NCBI GenBank assembly: GCA_951406725.2
Contig: OX597829.1
Location: 1,860,001 to 1,924,000 of the forward strand
DNA length: 64,000 nucleotides
Reading direction: 5' to 3'
From: Octopus vulgaris
Lineage: Eukaryota
The position numbers and the translations under genes are program-made. Of this stretch, positions 44,597 through 58,168 are shown one piece after another; position 1 is the first letter of the stretch, and every line of letters starts with the position of its first letter. The notes beneath the pieces are model-generated. The model searched no databases. It was not told where the DNA came from and saw only the letters and a program-made list of their open reading frames with translations.

Positions 44597-44600
<4 letters not shown>
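43601..44600 (+). mobile_element. Non-coding HHR element: inverted segment plus 1.2 tandem copies of a 576-bp monomer
   Basis: ctttaagtag at 43919 and 44495, taagcc at 44015 and 44591 (period 576); 43601-43916 is an inverted copy ending inside HHR stem II; a fragment also lies at 5888-5972. Confidence 0.85.
44346..44408 (+). ncRNA. Type I hammerhead ribozyme, canonical core
   Basis: tttgag-CTGACGA-aaga...tctt-GAAAC-gt tg ac-GTA-ctcaaa; 6-bp stem I; predicted cleavage after 44402. Confidence 0.88.
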
Positions 44601-44667
<67 letters not shown>

Positions 44668-45034
44668 CAGATTTTGTGTGTTCTTGAATGGTTTACAAAC
44701 ATCTTCCACACTGCAATTGTTTCTGCTTACAGGTGGGCTGCTGAATTGAAGTCTCTCTGTTGCTTTTGAGGTGAAGGCAAACTGCTTCTCCCTTTGTTGT
44801 TGGACCACCATGACTTTTGTTTAAAAAAAAAAGATATTATGACTGTGATAAAATAGTGAAAGCAATATTTACTAAGCAAGTGAGCACAATTATACAAAGA
44901 AATAATTAGACATAAAAAGTATTAGAAACAGGAATCAAATGTGAAAATATTATCAAGGGCTAGCAGAAAACAGCCCGGAATGCAGTTTTTTCTGCTAGTA
45001 CAGTTAAATGCTGGTACTACCACAAAAAAGATGC

Positions 45035-45183
45035 AGTTCTATATTTAAGAGATGAGGAATTATGTATATTATTTACATTATTTATATTTGACGGATATTT
45101 GTCCTCATTTTGTTTATTATTGTTGTTGCTGTTGTTGTTATTCAGGTCACTACCTGGAATCGAACTCGGATTCCAGGCAGTGA

Positions 45184-45233
<50 letters not shown>

Positions 45234-45372
45234 TCGAAAAATAGCTTAGGAATGAGAACCTAGGTTCGAAATTTCCTCAAGACACCTGATGAAGGCTGGA
45301 GGGTATATCAGCCGAAACGTTGTGTTAACAACAAACAGGATGAGGACAAATATCTGTCAAATGTAAATAATG
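45035..45372 (+). mobile_element. Fold-back HHR element with one arm internally deleted
   Basis: Outer arms 45076-45115 / 45333-45372 and inner hairpin 45138-45161 / 45169-45192. Confidence 0.75.
45281..45326 (+). ncRNA. Variant minimal hammerhead (extra A, loop-less stem III)
   Basis: gacac-CTGATGA-a-ggctg gagggtatat cagcc-GAAAC-GTT-gtgtt. Confidence 0.82.
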
Positions 45373-45914
45373 CAGCGTACTCTGCAGTGATTGCTGTAAG
45401 GAAACGCTTGCAGCAGCAGAAATCAACATTTCGCCACTTCGAAGTACGACAAAATATGCTTTTGACAAAGGTCGACGAGGGCAGTGTAAGAACTTTAATC
45501 GTATGACGACGATTCTAGCACATGTTAATATAGAGAGACAAAGTAAAATAATGCTAATCCTTATATATGTGCAAGTTATGCACCTTTATAGATTAATAAA
45601 TATATATAGATGCTTGCATATGTACACACACACACACATACATACATACATACATACATACATACATACATACATACATACATACATACATACATACATG
45701 CATGCATACATACATACATGCATACATGCATACATGCATACATGCATAATTACATGCATGCATGCATGCATACATACATACATACATACATACATACATG
45801 CATACATACATACATGCATGCATGCATACATGCATGCATACATACATACACACACACATATATGCATACATACATACATGCATGCATACATACATGCATG
45901 CATACATACATACA

Positions 45915-45947
<33 letters not shown>

Positions 45948-46178
45948 TTATGTATGTATATGCGTGTAGATGTATGCGTGTGTGTAGAAACATACATGCA
46001 TATGTATGTATATATGTGTGTGTATTTATATAGAGGGAGAAAGAGAGAGTGAGGGAGAGTTAGACAGACAGACAGGTAGGCAGACACAGACAGACACATA
46101 TACATATATATGTAGATATACGCGTGTGTGTATAAACATATATGCATATGTATGTATATATATATATATATGTGTGTG

Positions 46179-46259
<81 letters not shown>

Positions 46260-46624
46260 AGACAAACAGACAGGTAGGCAGACACAGACAGACAGACAGA
46301 CAGATAAATAGATGGGTGAATGAATGAATGAATGCATCGATATTAATTAATTTAAAGAATATGTCCGTTAACTTCATTTTTTTCCATTTTTTTTTTTTTC
46401 CTTTTCGTTCTTTATTGCATTCCAGAAAATGTATTTCTGAGCGACCGATGACGTTTCGTATCTCTCAAGTTTGGTTATCGATCATTCTGTATATTTGCAG
46501 ATGCACTCTCAAGTTTAAGACATCCATTGTAATTACGTATAAAGGAACAACAACACAAAGCATTATTTCAACAACAACAACAACAATAATAATGATGGTG
46601 ATGATAATCATTAATAATGATAAT

Positions 46625-46857
46625 GGGCAGCGAACCGGCAGAATCGTTAGCACGCCGGGTGAAATGCTTGGCGGTATTTCGTCTGCCGTTACGTTCTGAG
46701 TTCAAATTCTGCCGATGGCGACTTTACCTTTCATCCTTTCGGGGTCGATGAATTAAGTACCAGTTACGCACTGGGGTCGATGTAATCGACTTAATCCATT
46801 TGTCTGTCCTTGTTTTTCCTCTCTGTGTTTCTACCTTTGTGGGCAATAAAGAAATAA
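46625..46857 (+). mobile_element. SINE family A
   Basis: Consensus match. Confidence 0.85.
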
Positions 46858-46900
46858 ATTATCTCTATCAATGAAGGCGCATGGCTCGGTGATACATAAT

Positions 46901-47100
46901 TTAATTTTTCCTCTTCTTCTCCTCCATTTTTTTGATAAGATACATGTTGCTCTTCATGAAAATTAAAATACTATGATTTTCATCAGACAAGGGCGATTTC
47001 TTGGCGCTCAAGATGTCCTTGCCCATGGAAAATAAACGTTCAGTTACAGCACTGGAAGGGATGACTGTGCTCACCAACACTTTCTCACTCATAAAGGCAG
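46901..47100 (-). pseudogene. hAT transposase C-terminal dimerisation-domain fragment
   Basis: IPSSAVTERLFSMGKDILSAKKSPLSDEN..ILIFMK matches the P.SSA..ER.FS...R..L hATC motif. Confidence 0.8.
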
Positions 47101-47367
47101 CATCTGTTGGTAAATTTTTGGAGTTGGTCCCCAAGCAGGTCTTTACTAAATTATGGGACTTGTCTTTCAGTGACCTGTGAAATGTTCCGCCTTCCTCGGA
47201 TGTATAAGACCATATAGGTTTTCAGCATACAGGATACACCATTATAATTTTTGGAGTATGCTGTATGTTGAAAACCTATTATGGTCTTATGCATTTCAGG
47301 AAGGTGGTGAGTTTCAATTTGATGTAACGCTTGCACTGATCGATTAAACGGTTTTAAAGTTCGTTTA

Positions 47368-47602
47368 AAGGCGACGAGCTGGCAGAAACGTTAGCACGCC
47401 GGGCGAAATGCTTAGCGGTATTTCGTCTGCGTTATGTTGTGAGTTCAAATTCCGCCGAGGTCAACTTTGCCTTTCATCCTTTCGGGGTCGATAAATTAAG
47501 TACCAGTTACGCACTGGGGTCGATGTAATCGACTTAATACCTATGTCTGTCCTTGTTTGTCCGCCCTGTGTTTAGCCCCTTGTGGGTAGTAAAGAAATAG
47601 GT
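47368..47602 (+). mobile_element. SINE family A
   Basis: Consensus match; TSD ggttttaa(a/t)gttcgttt. Confidence 0.9.
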
Positions 47603-47959
47603 TTTAATGTTCGTTTGGTGTCTTTAATGAAAACAGAAGTTTTAAAATTGTGTGGAATCATTGATTTGTAACATCAAGCATGTACATTGAAACACCAAAG
47701 TTTCTACAGAAATACAAATTTGTAAAAAAAAGGCACAATTATTAAAACAGGAATAAAAATCCAACCACCATGTCTGTTGTAAATATGCCCTACATAACTG
47801 GTTACGTTTCTACTGTGTGTCTTTTTGGGGATATTCCTAGAACGTCCTCGTTTAGTTCTGGTACTATTATTAGTCAAGTGGTGGCTCGCGTCTTCGGTAT
47901 ATTTGAAATGAAACATTTCGTAAATTCGATCTATATGTACAGAAAGTCGATCATTTTTA

Positions 47960-49600
47960 TGCTGTCTAAAATATAATGCCATATTTTTATCGATCCGGAC
48001 ATTTGCATATTTTATGTATTTGTTCTTTACTACTCTTAGCGCTTTGTTCTTCTTGCGAATGTCTCTAAATATCTTTTAGTTAAGGACAGGACCTTCTTCC
48101 ACCTCACAGGATATCGGTTCTCCATCATAAGATATGAGTTATTCCTCGGTGGGGAGTATATTCTTTTCTTCGCAGAAAATGTACCTGAATTTGCATTTTT
48201 ATAGCATTTTTTTTGTTTATATTATTTGCGGCAATCTTACGGTATAAGTACCGGTGTACTTCCGAAAGTACCGGATACATTTCAAAAAAGTGTTTTTTTT
48301 TTATATATATGGGGGGCTAGGGTTTCTGTTAGGGTTAGGGTTAGAGTATGTGGCGATGCTTCGGTATATATACACACGTGACATTGTTTACATTTCTGAA
48401 GCTAACAGAAACCCTTTTCTCCCACCCCTAACCGTAACCCTAACCCTCACATATGTATAAAAAAACACTTTTTTGAAATGTATCTGGTACTTCCGGAAGT
48501 ACACCGGTACTTATACCGAAAGATCGCCTTATTTGCTGATGTGATGAATTCGTTTTGTGTAATGTTTGTGTGTTGATGTTTGCTTTTCATTACATTCTTC
48601 AGTGCTTGTGTCTGCGACTGTCTAGTTTATGGTAATATCTTTGTAGGTGTTGGTCTTCTGGTTGGCTTGGATGTCCATTGTAACGTTTGTTGTGGTTTAT
48701 GCGGTGTCGATGAAGTATTTTATGATGATTGTAGAGTTGGTGTTGAAACTACAAAAGTCTTCTCTCTTCAAATTTTCCAGCTTTTGTGAGGTTAGTTTTG
48801 TTCTGTCCTTTTTTCCTTCCCTCTAGAACAGCTATGTTGGGTTTAAGGTACTCTGTTACTGATATTGGTGATGTTATCTCCGCCGCTGTAGTTGTTCTTG
48901 TCCCGGGGATGTGAGGGTTCTACTCATGTTTTCGTTTCTACTTCTGCTTCCAGTGACGATGTCTCTACTACTATTGCTGCCGTTACTTCGCTTGTGGATT
49001 CTTTCCGTTGCTATTGTTGCTGTTCTTGCTTGTATGGTTATGCGATGTTGTTAGCATTGTAATTGTTATTGTATATGCAGAGGAGGCTCCCGTGCTTTCG
49101 CTTTCTGTTGTAAGCAGAGGGACACTCAGATGGTTGGCATCACCACGGACGTGATACCTGGGTACACAGCCAGTCAACGTAATGCCCGATTCTTCCCCCA
49201 CTGGACTGCTGAAATGGATCTACGATCATTTTCAGGAGTCCTCATGTCACCAGTCTTGTTCCATACCAATTATCTTTCCTATATCATTTTACGCCCAGGA
49301 GAATATCTTTTCCCTCGAGGATGACGTACAATGCAACCAAACGGATGACAAGTTCTGACGATACACCGAATATTATCACAATATCAGTCTTTCCAGATTA
49401 CTGGTAAAGAGGACAGATTTTCCGAAAGCAACCATACTCTGGGCTATGCAAATACTTACAGATTGAGAAACCAAGGCTAATAGGTCAGATATTGTTGTTT
49501 GGACGCCCAAGATCGACATATCAGTACCAACAGATGACAATGTATCTCTAAAAGAAACGGAGAAACTCTCGACAATCAAAGACCTGATAATAGAGATAAC
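47960..49600 (-). pseudogene. Heavily decayed retroelement ORF1-like region
   Basis: Coding-like Thr/Lys-rich composition on the minus strand with a possible decayed zinc knuckle (CVPRYHVRGD); interrupted by a MITE; no intact frame. Confidence 0.3.
48230..48528. mobile_element. MITE with long TIRs, 8-bp TSD and internal telomere-like repeats (Merlin-like termini)
   Basis: TSD ttatttgc (48222-48229, 48529-48536); about 80-bp TIR ggcaatcttacggtataagtaccggtgtacttcc; internal ttaggg and ccctaa arrays. Confidence 0.9.
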
Positions 49601-49702
49601 CCGAATATGGAGCCTAAAAACCGAAATAATCCTTATAATAATAAGTGCATTAAGTATGGTTTAAAAAAATTATCAGGCCTTACGAATATATATATATATA
49701 TC

Positions 49703-50002
49703 ACCGTGATCGACCAGGCTATCAGATGTTGCTACACATCGCTGGTCACAATGCACTTCGCATTGTTTTAGCCTTCAAATGACGCCACCCCACTGGCTAA
49801 GCGAGCAGGCAAACAGAAGAAAGAATGAGAGAAAGTTGTGGTGAAAGAGTTCAGCAGGAATCACCACCAACCCATGCCGGAGCATCGTGAAGCTTTAGGT
49901 GTTTTCGCTCAATAAATACTCACAACGCCCGGTCTGGGAATCGAAACCGCGATCCTACAACCGCAAGTCCGCTGCCCTAACCACTGGGCCGTTGCGCCTC
50001 CA
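49703..50002 (-). mobile_element. SINE family B
   Basis: Consensus match. Confidence 0.88.
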
Positions 50003-50006
50003 TTAT

Positions 50007-50044
<38 letters not shown>

Positions 50045-50047
50045 ATG

Positions 50048-50310
50048 GAGGCGCAATGGTCCAGTGGTTAGGGCAGCGGACTAGCGGTTGTAGGATCGCG
50101 GTTTCGATTCCCAGACCGGGCGTTGTGAGTGTTTATTAAGCGAAAACACCTAAAGCTCCACGAGGCTACGGCAGGGAGGAAGGAGCGATTCCTGCTGTAC
50201 TCTTTCGCCACAACTTTCTCTCACCCTTTCTTCAGTTGGCCTGCTCGCTTAGCCAGTGGGGTGGCGTCATATGGTTGTGATGCAAGTGCCTGGTGTACCC
50301 TTATCAGATG
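50048..50310 (+). mobile_element. SINE family B
   Basis: ggaggcgcaatggtccagtggttagggcagcggact...ggtttcgattcccaga. Confidence 0.88.
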
Positions 50311-50564
50311 TGTAGTCATGATGGGAATACTGGGCTTCGTATATTTTACCCCAGTGTCACTTTTTTGGCATGCACTGCTCTCTCACTCAATAAGGATAAT
50401 AATAATGATAGTTTCAAATTTTTGGCACAAGGTCAGCACTTTCGAGAGAGTGGGTACGTCGATTACATCGACTCTAGCGCTCAACTGTTATTTATTTTAT
50501 CGAATTCCAAAGGATGACAGGTAAAGTCGGCCTCTGCATAATTTGAACTCAAAAGGTAAACACA

Positions 50565-50798
50565 GGCGAAATACCTATTTCTTTACTACCCAGAAGGGAC
50601 TAAACACAGAGGGGACAAACAAAGACAGACAAAAGGATTAAGTCGATTATATCGACCCCAATGCGCAACTGGTACTTATTTAATCGACCTCGAAAGGATG
50701 AAAGGCAAAGTCGACCTCGGCGGAATTTGAACTCACAACGTAAAGCCAGGGAAATATGCCGCTCAGCATTTTACCTGGCGTGCTAGCATCGCTACCTT
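50565..50798 (-). mobile_element. SINE family A joined to an alternative-tail unit (about 50415-50575)
   Basis: Consensus match; junction cgaaatacctatttcttt. Confidence 0.8.
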
Positions 50799-51440
50799 AA
50801 AAATAATGATGACGACGATGGTGGCGGTTATGACGATGGCTTCATCGGCAACAACAATAAAGCAGAAAAAAAAAAAAAGCAAAGAAAATCTCAGTAATAC
50901 ACGAGGAAATACTAATAATGTATATTTCCAAATTTGATTTTAAATCCGAACTTGTTAATGCGCTTTTCTGCCCCCGAAGATAATAAATTTCGATTTGATT
51001 GAAATTTCAACACAATGTTTACATCGTGTGTTTTTCATCTTTCGTCTGGTAAGTGTGTTTGTATTTAGTTCAATTGGAATTTGTTTAGCTTTCCTACTCG
51101 CTTGATGAATGAATGCTTTAAGTGTGTTTATTCATCCGAGTATCTGTAACACCCAGTTACCAGAAACACATTTTTCACATAAGAGTCCAACCTTGTATTA
51201 TTATAATAGAGTTAGGTGACAAATTTATGTTGCATGTGTCTCTGTGTGCGTATGTTTGCTTGTGTGTGTGTGTGTGTGTGTACACCACTACAAAGTGCTG
51301 CCTCCTGTTTTTTTGTTGGTTTTTTTTTTGTCAAAAATATTGTAAATATTCAACAAACAGAAGTTGTTACCCAGACATAAATCGTAATTGCGATCAATGT
51401 AATTAATTAAAAGCGAGAAGTACTTTTCAGTCCAAGAAGT

Positions 51441-51853
51441 GGGATCTTTTCGGTTTGAACGGCAGTTTTTATCATAATTTCTAGGTAACTAAAATATTTT
51501 AAACTTCGTATACTGGTAGAATGTGTTTATAAAACATCTTTTTCTCTTGGCTTTATTCAGAAAATTCTATAGTTTGTAAGATATTTGTTGGTTTTCTTTT
51601 CTTCAATTTCTGCAATTTCAACCAATCAATGACATCTATTGAGGTGAAAACATTCTGTGCCGTATGAATATGTCCCTCGTTTAAGAAACAGATTAGGTTT
51701 ATTTACATTTGTGAAGAAAAATAGATACCCTTCCCCCACTCCTAACCCTAAAACAGATTGAAATGCAATAGATCGATTCTAGGGTCATAATTATGGGTGG
51801 CAATTTCATATGACACCGCTAGAAAAAACTGCCGTTCAAATCGAAAAGATCCC
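51441..51853. mobile_element. MITE family M1
   Basis: Both TIRs present; matches 1882-2317. Confidence 0.9.
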
Positions 51854-52084
51854 TGATTGGTTATTAATATGATAAATTACGCTCTTGTTCCCTGCTCGAT
51901 CGAGGTTTTTTCCTCGATTTTTATAATTTTATATTGAACTCATTTATTTTGTTTTGTTTATTTTTGTTTATCGCTCGCATATCACCGTTATTTGAAAGGA
52001 CCAATGAAACAAATCCATTTTTAAAGGTGTATCGTTTATGCTAGTTTTGATAGAATTGTCATCACGGTTCTGTTTTCACAAAAC

Positions 52085-52120
52085 TGTCCGACGAACGGGA
52101 ATGTGAAACTCCGAGTAACA
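52085..52120 (+). ncRNA. Ultra-minimal variant hammerhead (CCGACGA core, 2-bp stem II)
   Basis: tgt-CCGACGA-ac gggaat gt-GAAAC-tccga-GTA-aca. Confidence 0.65.
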
Positions 52121-52336
52121 ACTTTTGTTAAATTTCTGCTGCTTTTAAATAAAGTATATATATGTGTGTGTGTGTGTGTATTTATAAATATATCAATATA
52201 TATGTAGCCCTAAATATATATATATATATATCAATAGATTTATTGACCGTCTAATCTCAGTTCCAGCTGTAACGGAGATGACACATTTACTATGCATTTA
52301 ATACCCTTTGTTTAAAAAATCCTAAGTGTTTTCCTT

Positions 52337-52397
52337 TTTACCTGATGTACTTGATTTGTTCATCAATAAAGAACACACCTGAAACAGCTGTAGTGAA
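52337..52397 (+). ncRNA. Decayed hammerhead
   Basis: tttac-CTGATGt-...tgttc atcaataaa gaaca cacct-GAAAC-agct-GTA-gtgaa; core A9 and the stem II base are mutated. Confidence 0.55.
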
Positions 52398-52721
52398 CCT
52401 CAGTCTATCTGTGTTATTATTTATACTTCTTCACACTGCATTGGATCTTGTGCCTACTGTGGACTGTTGTTTATGTGTCAGGGTGTTCGCCTGTGTGATT
52501 TTACATATACTCTTTGTATTCGGTCTTTCTTTATGGATTTACACATAACAGGAAGGACAAATCCATATTTGCTCGGTAAGTATACGAGTGTCTGTACACA
52601 CTGATTGTGTACAGGCATGGTATCCCTATTCTACCTTGGTGCTTTTTTTTACTTAAATGCCTTCATTTCATAAGATCCAGTAAATTTTATGTATGCCTGC
52701 ATGCAATATATGTATGCATGT

Positions 52722-53085
52722 ATCATCATCATCATCATTTAACATCCGCTTTCCATGCTAGCATGGGTTGGACGGTTCCACTGGGGTCTGGGAAGCCAAG
52801 AGGCTGCACCAGGCTCCAGTCTGACCTGGCAGTGTTTCTACAGCTGGATGCCCTTCCTAACGCCAACCACTCCATGAGTGTAGTGGGTGCTTTGTACGTG
52901 CCACTGGCACAGGTGCCAGGCGAGGCTGGCAACGGCCACAATCGGTTGGTGCTTTTTACGTGCCACTGGCACGGAAGCCAGTCGAGGCGGCACTGGCAAA
53001 GGGCCACATTCAGATGGTTCTTTTACGTGCCACTGGCACTGGTATCACAACTGCAATTTCCATTGATTTTTGATCGATTTCGATT
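52722..53085 (-). mobile_element. SINE/LINE 3' end of RTE type with (ATG)n tail and internal tandem repeat
   Basis: Minus strand ggcgttaggaagggcatccagctgtagaaac motif; (cat)n at 52724-52738; three copies of tacgtgccactggcac. Confidence 0.65.
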
Positions 53086-53790
53086 TCATGTATGTATATA
53101 CGTATAAATCTGTATGTATATATGTATAAATATATGCATGTATGTATGCAAGTTTGTACGCATGCAAGTATGCATGTATATATGCATGATCAATAATGTC
53201 TGCCTTACTAAAGCAACTTGTAATATTAATTACTTACACATGTGCTATGCCACAGCAGATCAGCAAATCAAATAGATTTTGTTCTATTTGCATTTAAGTC
53301 AGAAGACCAGAGATTTAATTCGTTTTGGAATGATTTGAGTGTGTGATATTGATAAGCCAATAATGGCAGAATATCAGTATCTACACCTCACTCAGATTCA
53401 TATCATGGCAAGTTGTCTTGCCTGGTATTTGACATTCACATGTTTTTCAACACTGAGTATTGTCTAGGGAGCTTGCCTAGGGGCTATTCAGTATGAAAAA
53501 AAATTAAAATACATACACTGTGTATGCTTACATTACTAGATTTGTTTTTAATTCATAATTTTACACACACACACACACACACTCACACACACATATATAT
53601 ATGTATGGTAGTAGTGTATTTATGCACAAAATATATAAATAGGAATTCAGAGAGGCTGTACCACAGCATGGACTCATATATAGTCAGACAGACAGATTGA
53701 TAAATGTATATATATATATATACATTCGCCATGATAGATCACTAGCCACTGCACAGTCTTTATTTTCTCTCCTTGATTCTTTCTGTGTTC

Positions 53791-53826
53791 CTTTCTGTTG
53801 AAGAGTGTAGGCTCAAAACATTAAAG
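53791..53826 (+). ncRNA. CpG-decayed hammerhead related to 8271-8305
   Basis: cttt-ctgttga-a-gagt gtag gctc-aaaac-att-aaag; both CpGs of cGAAACGtt have become CA. Confidence 0.45.
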
Positions 53827-53917
53827 ACTTTTTCACTTCTTGAGCATTAAACTAATACATTTGTTTGTTGTCTACACCACCTGTCTTCGTGTTTAGTTTT
53901 TTTTTTGTGAATTCTTC

Positions 53918-53959
<42 letters not shown>

Positions 53960-54514
53960 CAAAGTAAGAAAGGGGTTATGGGTGTAACCCACTATCAGAT
54001 ATCATTTATAGGATTTCATTAATTTATACAATGACTTTTGAAATCTGTATTTGTATTATTATCTTCTCTATTGATTTATATAATATTTTGTATGCTTTTG
54101 ATGTTCTCATTTTGTTGAATGAATAAATAATCCAACATTATAATATCCATAAGTTGATGAACAACCTAAATTTGTTTCTCCATTTTCTTTTTTGTATTAT
54201 ATATATATTTATATGTAGCTATATGTATGTATAAAATATAAGAATATATATGTATGTACACACATGTAAATATATGTATAATACATATCATATACATAAG
54301 TATGGATTAGATATATCTATATATGTCCATATACTGTCTATATACAGATATGCACACACTTATAATATATAGATATCTATGCATCTATATATTTATACAT
54401 GTATATATATAAATACATATAAATATGTTGCGTGAGTGTGTGTGTGTGTGTGTGTATGAGCATGTATACAAGTATTGTTATACAAACAGGAGAAGTAGAA
54501 CACCATATATCATA

Positions 54515-54776
54515 TGTTGCTACACATCGCTGGTCACAATGCGCTTTGCATTGTTTTAGCCTTCAAATGATACCACCTCGCTGGCTAAGTGAGCAGGCCA
54601 ACAGAAGAAAGACTTAGAGAAAGAATGGTGAAAGAGTATAGCAGGGATCACCACCCTGCTGTCCGGAGCCTCGTGGAGCTTTTAGGTGTTTTCGCTCAAT
54701 AAACACTCACAACGCCCGGTCTGGGAATTGAAACCACGACCGCGAGTCCGCTGCCCTAACCAATGGTCCATTGCAC

Positions 54777-54781
<5 letters not shown>
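54515..54781 (-). mobile_element. SINE family B
   Basis: Consensus match. Confidence 0.85.
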
Positions 54782-54813
<32 letters not shown>

Positions 54814-55688
54814 GAGAGATATATATAGAGATATAGATATATATATACATATATGTATATGTTTGTGTATCTGTGTTAGTTCCCACTCACTCCCACTATC
54901 ACTTGACAACCAATGTTGGTGTGTTTGCATCTCTGTAATTTAGTGGTTCAGCAAAAGAGACCAATAGAATAAGTACTAAGCTGACAAAGAATAAATCCTG
55001 GGGTTGATTTTTTCAACTGAAGACAGTGCTTCAGCATGACTGGAACAAATAAAAGAATAAAAGAATAAGAGAATAAAAGAATATTATAGGCATAACCATA
55101 AAGTGGCTTCGGTATTAGTCCCAGGACACAGTATAAAGTCAGGTGTAACATTACTATGTGTCACTGCTAAACAGTGTGACTTTGTTTTGAATTTGACTCT
55201 CATCAAACTCATGTTCAATTTATATCTACATAATATGCTTTATTAACAATAGACTGATTTTTTTCAGAATAAGTAGGAGGCATAAGATGAAGATATGCAG
55301 TGGCATTAATTTCACCAAATAAAAATTGCAAGATGATACCAAAGAATTGCCACAGACTAACAACTATAATGAGTAAAAGAATGAAAATGGAAGAATAAAT
55401 TATGATGAAGATAATAATGATGAAGATAATAATAATAAAATAAAAGAAAATATATAGAGAGATATTATTTTATATCATGCATTTACAGATCACTTAGATA
55501 TATATATATAAATAGATATATATAAATAAATATACATACACATAATCATATATCATATATATGTACATATATATATGTGCACATATTTAATTTGACTGAG
55601 TAAGCATACTATATACATAATGATATATAGATGAACATTATGTATGTCTACATATCTATACTCATACATTATATGTATATACCATATT

Positions 55689-55732
<44 letters not shown>

Positions 55733-56645
55733 AATAACACTATACTTGTTCTACGTCCTCGCATTGTTGTGTTTTCGCTTTGTGTTTTCATGTTTGGATT
55801 AACATTATATATATATATATATATATAGATATAGATATAGATAGATAGATAGACAGAGAGACAGACAGACAGATATAGATATATATAGATATATATAGAT
55901 ATATATACACATAAACACATAATTATATATATGTACATATATATATATGTGCACATATGTAATTTTGTTGATTTCTATAACTCTTTTTTTTTTTTTTTTC
56001 TTTTACTTGTTTCAGTCATTTGACTGCGGCCATGCTGGAGCACCACCCTTAATCGAGCAACTCAACCCCGGGACTTACTCCCTGCAAGCCCAGCACTCAC
56101 TCCATCGGTCTCTCCTGCCGAACCGCCAAGTGACGGGGACATAAACACACCAGCATCGGCCGTTAAGCAATGCTAGAGGGACAAATACAGACACACATAT
56201 ATATATATATATACGACGGACTTCTTTCAGTTTCCATCCACCAAATCCACCCACAAGGCTTTGTATGTTATATATTTTAATAATTACTGATATTTTTATA
56301 TTTGATATATTTTATATGTAAAGCATAATGTTACACATGTATGTATATTGCTACAATTGTCCTTTTGTAAATAAATAAATTAACATAATATAATGTCTAA
56401 AAAGGTGATGAATACCACCTATTAATCCCCTCCATTTTCGTATTGTTCTCTCTCTTCCTCTCTCTCTCTCTCTCTCACTATATATATATATAGGCACAGG
56501 CATGGCTGTGTGGTAAGAAGCTTGCTTCGCCACCATATGGCTTCAGGTTCAGTCCCACTGCATGGCACCTTGGGCAAGTGTCTTACTTATAACCTCCAGC
56601 CAGCCAAAGCCTTGTGAATGGATTTTGTAGACAGAAACTGAAATA

Positions 56646-56676
<31 letters not shown>

Positions 56677-56748
56677 TATATACAAACAAATGACTGAAAA
56701 ATATGATACATATATGTGTGTATGGATATTTATATATGTATATATATA

Positions 56749-56784
<36 letters not shown>

Positions 56785-56855
56785 CCTGTATATCTATAAA
56801 CAATGTGATCTAATCAGTGCAAGATATAAAATATATGTCTATATATATTTACTTT

Positions 56856-56887
<32 letters not shown>

Positions 56888-56955
56888 AGTCTTCCATAGT
56901 AGCTTTCTCCCTTTAACTTGCAAAGTCATTAAAATTGGTATATAAATATATATAT

Positions 56956-56991
<36 letters not shown>

Positions 56992-57531
56992 GATATATAT
57001 CATATATATACATGTGAATTTACATAAAAACATACATACAAACACACACACATACACACATATCTACATACACGCATATACACACAAGTATGTGCAAGTA
57101 TGTGTATTTGAAAATGAACACGTGCATATGCATATACATACACACATTTGTGTGTGCCAATGCTGAAGCAATGTACACACACACACACACACACACACTC
57201 ATTTATATATCTACATATATATTTACATATATATGCATGCATGCATACATATTCACACACTGGCCAAATACAGACGCACAAATGATGTTGTGTATATATA
57301 TAGTCGTGCAGGGCATTGGAAATTTCATTTTGCTACTTTCTCCGGAATGTAAAAGACGGGAGACTGTAGTGGATAGCCTCCTTGATACATCTCACTCATT
57401 AACATACGATATGAAAAGGTGAAGTCACACACCAATCTGTGAGTGTAGCAGTCGTGGAATTTCATTCTGTCTATTCTCCATACGCGATGGGTAGTGAATG
57501 CTGTGGTACATATATGCGCATGTGTGTGAAC

Positions 57532-57596
<65 letters not shown>

Positions 57597-57627
57597 CGTA
57601 TTTATCTATATACATACACACGCACAC

Positions 57628-57662
<35 letters not shown>

Positions 57663-57690
57663 GATGTGTGTGTGTGTTGTGTGTGTGCAA

Positions 57691-58093
<403 letters not shown>

Positions 58094-58133
58094 GATAGAT
58101 GTATATGCATATATTTATGCAATTATACATGAT

Positions 58134-58168
<35 letters not shown>

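Noticed and set aside
50048-50120. tRNA-like sequences at SINE heads
   Set aside because: They continue into SINE bodies in multiple copies and are not bona fide tRNA genes.
52889-53040. Three spaced copies of tacgtgccactggcac (CRISPR-like spacing)
   Set aside because: Eukaryotic context, related spacers and no cas genes; it is an internal tandem repeat of a retroposon.
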